From Candidatus Woesebacteria bacterium (GTDB taxonomy: Bacteria > Patescibacteriota > Microgenomatia > UBA1400 > UBA1396), in assembly GCA_021208605.1 (NCBI GenBank), contig JAJOJK010000017.1, positions 17,872 through 81,871 of the forward strand: DNA of 64,000 nucleotides. The letters are read 5' to 3'. Positions 55,721 to 64,000 of the stretch are shown here, piece by piece (within the stretch, counting starts at the first letter, position 1; every line of letters begins with the position of its first letter). The notes beneath the pieces were generated by a model. The model did no database searches. It had not been told where the DNA came from and saw only the letters and a list, made by a program, of their open reading frames with translations. Both the position numbers and the translations under genes were made by a program.

Positions 55721-56821
55721 ATGATACTTCCCAAAGACATTCGTGAGCAGTGGCAAGAAGCCGAGCAAAAAGCGAATGAACTCCGTGAGTCTGTCGACAC
55801 TGTGGCCAAAGAGGCGGAAATTGCCCGTTTGCAAAATTTGACGCTCGATCCCGCGTTCTGGAATGATCAAGTGAAAGCGAAAAAAATAAACCAAGATTTA
55901 TCTAGCCTGCAGCAAGAACTCGAACGCATCCAGGAGCAGGCACAACTACTGGAAGATATTGCAGCGTATATTGATTTAGTTTCAGAAGAGGAAGACGATG
56001 TGCCGGTTTCTGACCTTTATGCACTTTTGTCTCGCTTGCGTGCCGTCAACCAGACTATTGAATTGCAAACGTATTTGGCTGGTCCTTATGATAAGAATGA
56101 TGCTCTAGTAACGATTCACGCCGGCCAAGGTGGCACGGAAGCCATGGACTGGGCCAGTATGCTCCGCCGCATGTACGAGCGTTACTTCCAACGGCAAGAG
56201 TGGAAGTTCGAAACGCTCGAAGAAAGTCGCGGCGAAGAAGCCGGTATTAAATCAGTTACTTTTTTAGTGCACGGTGCGTATGCATATGGGTACCTCAAAG
56301 GGGAATCCGGAGCGCATCGTTTGGTTCGCCAGAGTCCATTTAATGCCGATGGATTGCGCCAGACCTCTTTTGCGGGCGTTGAAGTAATGCCCTTTTTAGA
56401 TGATGAAGATACCTCCATTGAAATTAGCCCAGATGACTTGGAATGGCAGTTCGCGCGTGCTGGCGGAAAAGGCGGTCAAAATGTCAATAAAGTGAATACC
56501 GCTGTCTATCTAACGCACACCCCAACGGGAATTACCGTGCATGCTCGTCAAGAACGCAGTCAAGAGCAGAATCGAAAAATTGCTTTGCAGATGCTCCGTT
56601 CACAGCTGGCTGAACAGGAAGAACAGAAACGTCGCCAAGAGATTTCTGATATTAAAGGGGAGTACCAACAGGCCTCCTGGGGAAATCAGATTCGCAACTA
56701 TGTTTTGCATCCGTACCACTTGGTAAAAGATACGCGCACCGAGGTGGAGACCAACGATACGACGGCCGTTTTGGATGGTGATCTCGACACATTTATCTTT
56801 GCTGAGGTCTCCCAACTCTAG
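55721..56821 (+). CDS. prfB: peptide chain release factor 2, single uninterrupted ORF
   Basis: SPF tripeptide (RF2-specific) and GGQ. No internal in-frame UGA and no split frame. Confidence 0.85.
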   Translation: MILPKDIREQWQEAEQKANELRESVDTVAKEAEIARLQNLTLDPAFWNDQVKAKKINQDLSSLQQELERIQEQAQLLEDIAAYIDLVSEEEDDVPVSDLYALLSRLRAVNQTIELQTYLAGPYDKNDALVTIHAGQGGTEAMDWASMLRRMYERYFQRQEWKFETLEESRGEEAGIKSVTFLVHGAYAYGYLKGESGAHRLVRQSPFNADGLRQTSFAGVEVMPFLDDEDTSIEISPDDLEWQFARAGGKGGQNVNKVNTAVYLTHTPTGITVHARQERSQEQNRKIALQMLRSQLAEQEEQKRRQEISDIKGEYQQASWGNQIRNYVLHPYHLVKDTRTEVETNDTTAVLDGDLDTFIFAEVSQL

Positions 56822-56914
56822 TTTCTCGAGTAGGGTGTTCGACGGAAAGAACTCATCCTCTTTTGAAATTGCCGTTCTCTTGCTATAGTGAACAGACAGA
56901 GATAGAGGAGTTCT

Positions 56915-57577
56915 ATGGCCTTTCAACGTGTCACTATGAAAACGCAAACTGCAACCGATACCAACGGATCAACTCCGACTTCCACCGCAGCTCCTGCAGA
57001 GGAGAAGCAGGCGACACCTCGTCCGGAAGCGTTTCGTATGCGCACCGTAGCGCCAGATTCCTCGAAAAAGCAGAGTCTGTTTGACGATACAAAGGAAAAA
57101 AACACTATGAAAAATACATTTTCCCGCAAAACACTTCTTATTGGCGCTCTTGTGATGGTGGTGCTTGGTTTGAGTTCCGGTTTCGCTGGTGCATACCTGA
57201 CGAAACAATCGGGCGGCGTTGCCGTTGTCCCGAAAGAAAATCAGAAAACCGCTCAAGAAGTTGAGAATGCGGTTCGTGTGGGTGCCGTATTTGGTGTACC
57301 CGATGAAAAAACATTCAGTGATGACACTACTGGTGTGCTTATCACCGGAGGCTTGGAAGGAGAAGGTTCTCACACACTGCTTCGTCCTGGCGGAGAATCG
57401 CAGAATGTTTACCTCACCTCTTCGGTTGTCGATCTAGACCAATTTGAAGGTCACCGCGTGCACATTTGGGGTGAAACCTTTAAAGGCCAAAAGGCTGGTT
57501 GGTTAATGGATGTCGGTCGTATCGAAGTCGAAGAACTCGACGCCGACAAGCCAGAGTGGTATACCGAGTCACAATAA
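56915..57577 (+). CDS. hypothetical membrane-anchored protein
   Basis: Thr/Pro-rich N-terminus, one TM helix, and a beta-rich C-terminus. Confidence 0.4.
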   Translation: MAFQRVTMKTQTATDTNGSTPTSTAAPAEEKQATPRPEAFRMRTVAPDSSKKQSLFDDTKEKNTMKNTFSRKTLLIGALVMVVLGLSSGFAGAYLTKQSGGVAVVPKENQKTAQEVENAVRVGAVFGVPDEKTFSDDTTGVLITGGLEGEGSHTLLRPGGESQNVYLTSSVVDLDQFEGHRVHIWGETFKGQKAGWLMDVGRIEVEELDADKPEWYTESQ

Positions 57578-57601
57578 AAGAAACAAACGAATTGTACGTC
57601 T

Positions 57602-58354
57602 ATGATCCAGTTTGAAAACGTCAGCAAGGTGTTTCCAAATGGGTTTGTGGGGCTGGAAGATATTTCTTTCACGATTGAACCGCAAACACTGACGTATATT
57701 ATTGGTGAATCAGGAGCGGGAAAAACAACGCTGCTGCGATTGCTTATTCGCGAACTCATGCCGAGTGAAGGCGAAATCTATTTTGGTGGTGAACCGCTCA
57801 CTCGTTTGTCTTCACGCCATATTCCTCACTTACGCCGTCGTATTGGCGTAGTGTTTCAAGACTACAAGCTGATTCCAGAGCGCACCATTCGCGAGAATAT
57901 TGGCCTGGTTTTAGAAATCATGGGAGTTCCCCGATCTGAACAGCGCAAGAAGACCGAAGATGTTTTGGATGTGGTCGGACTCGGTGACAAAGCTGATTTG
58001 TTCCCAGTGCAGTTGTCGGGTGGTGAGTTGCAACGAGTGTCAATTGCCCGCGCCTTAGCTACAACTCCAGAAGTCCTCTTTGCTGATGAGCCGACCGGAA
58101 ATCTCGATCCGGAAACCAGCAAAGGCATCGCTGATCTTCTCAAGAAAATTACCGATCTCGGTACAACCGTAATTATTTCCACCCATGACTTGGTGCTCTT
58201 GGAAGACTTCCCAGGACGTGAGTTGCACCTTCGTCAAGGAAAGCTCGTTCGTGACACCGCTGCTGACGAAAAAGAAGATACCAAGTCAACTTCCAAGAAG
58301 AAATCCACTCCCAAAGAAGCCCCAGCAGAAACCGCAGAGGAAGAGGAGGCGTAA
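57602..58354 (+). CDS. ftsE: cell division ATP-binding protein FtsE (Lys/Glu-rich C-terminal tail)
   Basis: Walker A GESGAGKTT, LSGGELQR, Walker [12 protein letters not shown]. Adjacent ftsX. Confidence 0.85.
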   Translation: MIQFENVSKVFPNGFVGLEDISFTIEPQTLTYIIGESGAGKTTLLRLLIRELMPSEGEIYFGGEPLTRLSSRHIPHLRRRIGVVFQDYKLIPERTIRENIGLVLEIMGVPRSEQRKKTEDVLDVVGLGDKADLFPVQLSGGELQRVSIARALATTPEVLFADEPTGNLDPETSKGIADLLKKITDLGTTVIISTHDLVLLEDFPGRELHLRQGKLVRDTAADEKEDTKSTSKKKSTPKEAPAETAEEEEA

Positions 58355-59223
58355 TGGCGGCCTTAACGCAAGCGTTCAAAAACATCCGTCGTTCGCCGTA
58401 TCAAGCTTTTGCGGCGGTGTTGTTGGTGATAGTAACATTTGTGGTCGGCTATTCGTTGGTACTCTTTATGTTGGGTTCGGACCGCGTGCTGCGCTATTTT
58501 GAGACGCGTCCACAAGTGACGGCATTTTTTGAACAAGATATTGAAACCGAAATCTTAGAATCGCATGCCGAGGAGTTACGCACACAGTCGTATGTTAGTA
58601 ATGTCGAGGTGATTTCTCAGGAAGAAGCTTTGGAAATCTATCAGGAGCAGACTGGCAATGACCCAGTCATGCTGGAGTTAGTGACCGCCGATATCTTACC
58701 GCCTTCCCTGGAAGTTTCGACTGTGGCGTTAGAAGACCTCGCCCAAGTTGCCGATCAGCTCGAACAAATGGAAGGTATTGACGAAGTTGTGTACCAAGAG
58801 GATGTTGTGGACAGCTTGCGCCACTGGTCGACACTTTTGCGCCAAATTGGTTTGGGCGTGACTGGAGTTTTCGCTCTGACCGCCATCTTAATTATTGTGG
58901 TCATTACTAGTATTCGCATTGCCAGTCGAAAAGGAGAGATCCGTATTATGCGCCTCATGGGTGCGACCAAGTGGTACATTATGCAGCCATTCTTGTTGGA
59001 AGGTGTTTTGTACGGCTTGCTTGGTTCTGTTTTTGCCTGGGGTGTGGTCTACATTGGTTTGTTGTATGCCACGCCGACAATTCAACAATTTTTTGGAGAA
59101 GTACACTTGCTGCCGGTACCACCATTACACATGCTTATTTTGCTCGGTGGTGGTTTGGTAGTGGGCGCGAGCATTGGCATGATCGCCAGCTTCTTTAGTA
59201 CCCGTCGACTTTTCCGTCGATAA
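58354..59223 (+). CDS. ftsX: cell division permease FtsX
   Basis: TM1, an extracellular domain, then three TM helices. Overlaps the ftsE stop. Confidence 0.8.
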   Translation: MAALTQAFKNIRRSPYQAFAAVLLVIVTFVVGYSLVLFMLGSDRVLRYFETRPQVTAFFEQDIETEILESHAEELRTQSYVSNVEVISQEEALEIYQEQTGNDPVMLELVTADILPPSLEVSTVALEDLAQVADQLEQMEGIDEVVYQEDVVDSLRHWSTLLRQIGLGVTGVFALTAILIIVVITSIRIASRKGEIRIMRLMGATKWYIMQPFLLEGVLYGLLGSVFAWGVVYIGLLYATPTIQQFFGEVHLLPVPPLHMLILLGGGLVVGASIGMIASFFSTRRLFRR

Positions 59224-59233
59224 TCGCTACACT

Positions 59234-60478
59234 GTGCACTACTGTATGAAACTGCCCCAGTTATCCGCATCAGCCTTTCTGCGACGCCTTGCTGGAATTT
59301 GCTTAGTGTTGCTTTTGGTATTTTCCGTTCCGGTTTCAGCGCAAGCGCAACTGATTGATGATGAGCGTCATCAGCAACTCCTTGACGAAATTTCCGAGCT
59401 CGAAAAAAAACTTGCCGAAACAAAAGCAGAGAAAAATACACTTTCCGAGAATATTCAATATTTGAATAACCGTATTGCGCTCAACGAAAAAGAAATCGAA
59501 AAGACGCAGTATGATATTGCCGTGTTGGATGCCCAGATCAACGATCTCGGACAGCGTATTGTCGGTCTCGAGTCCTCGCTTGGTGAATTGTCGGAAGCGT
59601 TAATTGATCGCGTGCAAACCCAGTATAAGCGTCGCGCAACCGATCCTATTAGTATGGTTTTTGCGACCACTGGCCTGTCAGATTTCTTTAAGGAGCATAA
59701 GTACTACGAGCGAGTACGGAGTCACACGCAAGAACTCTTGCTGACCACCGAACTCAAGCGTCAGGTCTACGACGAGGAAAAGACCAACAAGGAAGACAAG
59801 CAAACCGAGATGGAGGTGTTGCAACAGCGCCTGAACTCGCAGCAGGCGGAACTGCGTCAACAAGAGCAAGCCAAACAGCAATTACTCACGCAGACAAAAA
59901 ATAGTGAAGCGAACTACAGTCGTTTGCTCTCCGAAGCTCGTGAAGAATTGAACTCGCTGAGTCGATTTACCGAAACGAAAACGGCATCAGGAGTTTTGCC
60001 AGCGCAGAACAGTCCTGATGGGTGGTACTTTAGCCAGCGTGATGAGCGATGGGCGAACAACTGTGTTGGCCTGAGTTGTGACTACAATATTTACGAGGTC
60101 GGCTGTCTTATTTCCAGCGCCGCTATGGTGAAGAAGAAATTCGGTGAAAGTGTGACTCCAGCGAGTATTGCGGGCAATACCAGCTACTTCTTTGGTACCA
60201 CCGCGTATATGTTACGTCCATATCCGTCGCCATCAGGCTACTCTTACGCGTACAGTGGATACAATCCGAGCGTGATTGATTCACAGCTCGAAAAAGGAAA
60301 TCCCGTTATTGTGAAGTTAAATGTGGCTACTCAGTACTCAACTCACTTTGTTGTCCTCAAAGAAGGCAAGGGCGGTGACTACATCATGCATGATCCGTGG
60401 GAAGGCTACGATAAGAAATTCACCGATTTTTATTCGCTCGGCCAAATCTCGAGTATGGCATACTTAATTCCTGGTTAA
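59234..60478 (+). CDS. PcsB/EnvC-like secreted coiled-coil protein with a C-terminal C39-like/CHAP-like cysteine peptidase domain
   Basis: Signal peptide, approximately 250 aa of coiled coil, and a C-terminal domain with a Cys (EVGCLISSAAM) and a His (THFVVL). Confidence 0.6.
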   Translation: MHYCMKLPQLSASAFLRRLAGICLVLLLVFSVPVSAQAQLIDDERHQQLLDEISELEKKLAETKAEKNTLSENIQYLNNRIALNEKEIEKTQYDIAVLDAQINDLGQRIVGLESSLGELSEALIDRVQTQYKRRATDPISMVFATTGLSDFFKEHKYYERVRSHTQELLLTTELKRQVYDEEKTNKEDKQTEMEVLQQRLNSQQAELRQQEQAKQQLLTQTKNSEANYSRLLSEAREELNSLSRFTETKTASGVLPAQNSPDGWYFSQRDERWANNCVGLSCDYNIYEVGCLISSAAMVKKKFGESVTPASIAGNTSYFFGTTAYMLRPYPSPSGYSYAYSGYNPSVIDSQLEKGNPVIVKLNVATQYSTHFVVLKEGKGGDYIMHDPWEGYDKKFTDFYSLGQISSMAYLIPG

Positions 60479-60514
60479 CGCTGTCGAAACTGTTCTTTTA
60501 TTGTCTCTTTTTGT

Positions 60515-61324
60515 GTGTATGGTAGGAGCGTGTGGAAACGCTTTTGTATTTTGACAGGGATTGGAATTATCTTTTTGACTTGCGCTTCCTCTGCTGTGGC
60601 GATTGATGTTGGTGGAGTTCGTGTCCGTGCCGTCTTCCCGAATCCACAAGGCTCGGATACCACGGAGTGGATCTTGATCGAAAATAACGGTTCTCAACCC
60701 CTTACAAGTGGTGAGATTACGGTGCGTGATACCGAAGGTTCGGTGCACGGATTTACGGTAGCGGAAGAAATTGCTGCAGGAGATTTTTTGTTCCTTCCGG
60801 CAACTGTCAGTGGTATTGCTTTGAATAACTCAACTGATACCGTCGAGATTGTACAGAACAACACAGTCATGTTTACGTCAAAACCCTACCAAGATGCCGA
60901 AGAAGACCAAGTGTGGTGGGTGTCAGATGAGAATGCCTGGCAGTGGTCACCGGTAGCGGAATTTTTGGTCCGGCTCGATAACGGCGACTTTGCAGTATCT
61001 CCATCGAGTCAGGAAGAAGAGAACACGTCACCCACACCCGATCTTCAGGGCTTACCTGCTGTTACGCCACACCCAGCTTCTGTGAATGAAGCTGATCCAG
61101 AAAGTACTCCAGACACGCCACTGGTCACGCCAACACCATATTTGGGCCAGTCACCGCATCTGGAAGCTTCTTTAGCCACACTTTCTGCCCAGCAACAAAT
61201 GCCATCGGAACCATTGGCCTTTCCCCAATTTGACTTTTCTGCCCAAGAGGATCGATTTATGCAGTGGAAGCGCCAGGCACTCCTCGGGAGTTTGCTGAGA
61301 TTTTTTCTGGTGGCTGCTTTTTAG
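60515..61324 (+). CDS. lamin tail domain (LTD) protein, secreted, with a Pro/Thr-rich linker and a C-terminal hydrophobic segment
   Basis: VFPNPQGSDTTEWILIENNG is the LTD signature. Confidence 0.6.
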   Translation: MYGRSVWKRFCILTGIGIIFLTCASSAVAIDVGGVRVRAVFPNPQGSDTTEWILIENNGSQPLTSGEITVRDTEGSVHGFTVAEEIAAGDFLFLPATVSGIALNNSTDTVEIVQNNTVMFTSKPYQDAEEDQVWWVSDENAWQWSPVAEFLVRLDNGDFAVSPSSQEEENTSPTPDLQGLPAVTPHPASVNEADPESTPDTPLVTPTPYLGQSPHLEASLATLSAQQQMPSEPLAFPQFDFSAQEDRFMQWKRQALLGSLLRFFLVAAF

Positions 61325-61328
61325 TCAT

Positions 61329-61805
61329 TTGCGTGCCGTATTTTTGGGAGCGATACCACTGGCGCTTCTGAAACTCTGTCTGAAGGTTGCTACAATAACG
61401 GATATGCTTCGCTTCCTGTGGGAACGCGCGGTACAGTGGGGACCAGCTGTTTTCATTGTGAGCGTCATTACCTTTCTGTCGCATCAGCCAAAGTTACCCG
61501 GGCCAGATGGCTTTGCGTGGGAGTTTTTGTGGTTTAAGACGGGGCACTTGGTGGTGTATGCTCTGCTGGCTTGGTCTTTGTATCGGGCGTTGTGGTGGCA
61601 GCGGTGGTCGCAAATACTTTCTCGTCGCCAAGTTTGTATCTTGTTAGCCACGGTTGCAGTATTGGCAGTGCTCGATGAGGTTCACCAAAGTTTTATTCCT
61701 GGTCGCGGACCACATATTCGCGATGTGGGTATTGATGTACTCGGCGCAATGCTTTTTGTAGTGTGGCATCGGTGGAGTTCCCAAATTATATCGCCAGAGC
61801 AGTAA
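61329..61805 (+). CDS. VanZ family membrane protein
   Basis: LDEVHQSFIPGRGPHIRDVGIDVLGA matches the VanZ core. Confidence 0.7.
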   Translation: MRAVFLGAIPLALLKLCLKVATITDMLRFLWERAVQWGPAVFIVSVITFLSHQPKLPGPDGFAWEFLWFKTGHLVVYALLAWSLYRALWWQRWSQILSRRQVCILLATVAVLAVLDEVHQSFIPGRGPHIRDVGIDVLGAMLFVVWHRWSSQIISPEQ

Positions 61806-61882
61806 TACGCCAGGAGTTTTCTCGAGCAAGCGTGCTATAATTTTGTTCTTGCCACCCGTGCTGAGAGCACGGGGAACCCCGC

Positions 61883-61957
61883 CGGGATGTAGCTCAGATG
61901 GCTTAGAGCGCACGCATGGGGTGCGTGAGGTCGCTGGTTCGAGTCCAGTCATCCCGA
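61883..61957 (+). tRNA. tRNA-Pro (GGG)
   Basis: Acceptor CGGGAUG/CAUCCCG, anticodon loop AUGGGGU with G37, T-loop UUCGAGU. Confidence 0.75.
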
Positions 61958-61959
61958 CT

Positions 61960-61995
61960 CATGAAAAACTGCCAATTGGTCAGTTTTTTTATGAG
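61960..61995. terminator. bidirectional intrinsic terminator after tRNA-Pro
   Basis: CUCAUGAAAAACUG-CCAAUUGGU-CAGUUUUUUUAUGAG. Confidence 0.7.
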
Positions 61996-62156
61996 TTGTG
62001 GAATGTCGGAGCGCGCCAAGTTCGACGCCGCCAAGTGCATGTCGTAGACGCACATGGCTAGTACTGGGAGGCGTTTACGCCGAGCAGTGATCCAGACACC
62101 TTATACCTTACGAGAGCGAATTGACTCGCGACGGGGTGAGCCTACCGATTTCCCTC

Positions 62157-63023
62157 CTACACCTCATTGGCTTCTCGTACCTGCAACGCAGCCAACCGCG
62201 ACAACATTTGCATATACTCGCGCAAAAAAATGAGTTCAGGTTCTTTCTCTAAGGCCTCCGCAGGGATACGAGAAAGATGTTGCGCCGCGGAAAAAAGCAG
62301 GGCGTTTGTGCTGGCTCTTCCCTCGGGCGAGATGTTGGGATCGGTATAGATGTTCAAAAAGTGTTCCAGTAACTGCCTCAGTGCGGAATGAAGCTTTTGC
62401 CGAGTAGAGTCTTTGTCATAGATATCAGATTGGAGTGCGTTTATGTCGCGTATGTACGTTTTAATCTCTTCGTGATGCGACGCAATGCGGCCGTGTCTTC
62501 CAAAGATCCACTCTGTAGCCTGCCCGATGCGGGCTTTTGCTTGGGTAAAGGTGTAGGCTAGAAGGGAAATGTTGTTTGTACTGCGTTGAATATTTTCTAC
62601 GGCGCGACTAAAACTGATAGGATGGGAGTGTGATTCGCTGGAGATATTGCGTGAGTACCGAGCGACCGTATCGGGCGAGAATGGCAACTGTGGATTGTAG
62701 ACATGAACCGCTAACTCGATCAAATCTTTGAGCCAGACAGATTGCGATTCCATTGTCTCTATTTTTTGCTGCATTGGTTCTTGCGACAGTGCCTTGCGCA
62801 AACGGAGTAACCCAACAATGGCTTGGGAAAGATCCGCGGTGGAGTCGCCTTTATAGGCTTCGCCACGATAGATGGTGTGTTTGTTGATGGTGGTGATGAG
62901 ATCTATCAACTGTGATTGCGGAGGGCGCTCATTTTCAGTTTGTCGTTGATCCGGGCCAGAAAGTGGTTCTAATGGAAGCGGTGGTTCTACCCTGTCCTGT
63001 TTTTGTCGGCGAATTTGCACCAT
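62157..63023 (-). CDS. hypothetical protein
   Basis: 288 aa. No motif. Confidence 0.4.
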   Translation of the reverse strand: MVQIRRQKQDRVEPPLPLEPLSGPDQRQTENERPPQSQLIDLITTINKHTIYRGEAYKGDSTADLSQAIVGLLRLRKALSQEPMQQKIETMESQSVWLKDLIELAVHVYNPQLPFSPDTVARYSRNISSESHSHPISFSRAVENIQRSTNNISLLAYTFTQAKARIGQATEWIFGRHGRIASHHEEIKTYIRDINALQSDIYDKDSTRQKLHSALRQLLEHFLNIYTDPNISPEGRASTNALLFSAAQHLSRIPAEALEKEPELIFLREYMQMLSRLAALQVREANEV

Positions 63024-63069
63024 ATCAAAACCTATTATAGAGAACGAGCGTGGTGAAAGATAGTCTGTG

Positions 63070-63381
63070 TTATCGAGAGATAGGACTCAGATGAGTTCGA
63101 GCTCTTTGAGTACTCATCACAAAGCAATGACCAATAACATCTCTATTCTCTGATTCCTGAACTTTGAATTTTAAGTAAGCAGGATTACTACTAGATTTAC
63201 CAAGATAGATAATCGCTGTTTTTGCTGGTAGCGTTTGCCAATTGAGAGGATGGCTAAAGTTACGCTGTAGTTCCTGAGCAATGAAGTACGTGCTGTTTAC
63301 AGTATATTCAAGTTTCTGATCACCACTCAGTGGTCCTAAATATCGTTGATCTACTGTTTCTTGGCGTCTTGGTTTTCTCAT
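63070..63381 (-). CDS. hypothetical protein
   Basis: 103 aa. No motif. Confidence 0.3.
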   Translation of the reverse strand: MRKPRRQETVDQRYLGPLSGDQKLEYTVNSTYFIAQELQRNFSHPLNWQTLPAKTAIIYLGKSSSNPAYLKFKVQESENRDVIGHCFVMSTQRARTHLSPISR

Positions 63382-63454
63382 ACTTCTCCTTAAGTCCCAT
63401 AGTATATATCAAAAACTATTTTTTGGATAGAAGATATGCCGTACAATAAACAGC

Positions 63455-63889
63455 ATGCAAATTACAGACGCCGCCTACGGTTTCGTTCCATTCATTATCA
63501 AAAATGGTGAACCACTCTATCTAGTAACCCTTCACCACAAAGGCCACTGGGCATTCCCAAAAGGCCATGCCGAAGGCAATGAAACTCCGCTTGAAGCTGG
63601 TCTGCGCGAACTCCGGGAAGAAACCGGATTAGAGCCAAAGCGTATCTATGAGCAAGCTACGTTTCTGGAAGAGTACACGTTTACCGATCCCGATGGCAAT
63701 GAAGTAGAGAAGACGAATACCTTTTGGTTGGCTGAGATGCCGCACCAAGAAGTGACTCCACAAGAAGCGGAAGTGGATGACTTTGCGTGGTTGCCATATG
63801 ACGAAGCAATGGAAAGAATGACTTTTGCGAGCGCAAAAAAATCATTGCTGCGTGCTCATGAGCTTTTTGAGCAGTACGTTCGCGAGTAA
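63455..63889 (+). CDS. NUDIX hydrolase (3 of 3; Ap4A-hydrolase-like size)
   Basis: GHWAFPKGHAEGNETPLEAGLRELREETGL. Preceded by a TACAAT -10. Confidence 0.75.
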   Translation: MQITDAAYGFVPFIIKNGEPLYLVTLHHKGHWAFPKGHAEGNETPLEAGLRELREETGLEPKRIYEQATFLEEYTFTDPDGNEVEKTNTFWLAEMPHQEVTPQEAEVDDFAWLPYDEAMERMTFASAKKSLLRAHELFEQYVRE

Positions 63890-64000
63890 TTTGCTCCTGT
63901 TTTCCTCAAGAAAATTTGGTAGGCTGAGCACAGCTACACAGCACTTCTTCGTTGAAATCGTTGTGTTTTTTATACCATTACAAAGGACTCAGGCCTGCTC

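Noticed and set aside
55721-56821. Programmed +1 frameshift in prfB
   Set aside because: RF2 is encoded here as a single uninterrupted ORF with no in-frame UGA near codon 25, so autoregulatory frameshifting is absent.
1-64000. CRISPR arrays, rRNA genes, transposases or integrases
   Set aside because: No regularly spaced direct repeats, no rRNA-like conserved blocks, and no DDE or tyrosine recombinase motifs were seen in any frame.

Overview
This 64 kb bacterial chromosomal window (about 47% GC overall, with AT-rich patches) is compact, largely operonic and dominated by housekeeping genes. The gene content (sortase with a sorting-signal substrate, FtsEX plus a PcsB-like hydrolase, lamin-tail-domain protein, several NUDIX genes, single scattered tRNAs, frequent leaderless gene starts) suggests a small-genome Gram-positive-type or Patescibacteria-like organism; this is inference only. 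Recognisable housekeeping genes are clpB, fbaB (class I aldolase), gatCAB, dnaE, a murF-like ligase, prfB, ftsEX with a PcsB-like hydrolase, udk, htpX and lemA, a CPA1 Na+/H+ antiporter, and a MacAB-like efflux set. There are four tRNAs: Gln-TTG, Thr-CGT, Asp-GTC and Pro-GGG. The left approximately 10 kb is lower-GC and accessory-like. It begins with a phage-type module entirely on the minus strand: a partial terminase small subunit, two paralogous beta-class DNA methyltransferases (one fused to a ParB-like nuclease domain) and an HTH protein. The most interesting signal is a pair of homologous leader elements, one upstream of a HAD/M20 peptidase/nucleoside hydrolase operon and one upstream of a paralogous M20 peptidase. 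Each has an extended -10 (TGnTATACT), an AUG exactly 7 nt downstream (so a leaderless uORF of 23 or 21 codons), a conserved long-range helix, an A-rich spacer, and an intrinsic terminator hairpin placed directly in front of the structural gene RBS. This is a candidate new attenuator or riboswitch-like system. Other notable items are an extracytoplasmic flavinylation-type cluster (FMN-binding protein, ApbE, and an NqrB/RnfD-like membrane domain fused to an FNR-like reductase) next to a sortase and its PKD-repeat substrate, an 870-aa ORFan between gatB and dnaE, AT-rich ORFans beside tRNA-Asp and clpB, two frameshifted genes (a HIT protein and a MacB-like permease at a T8 tract), a CIRCE-like operator at clpB, and a short dispersed intergenic repeat.
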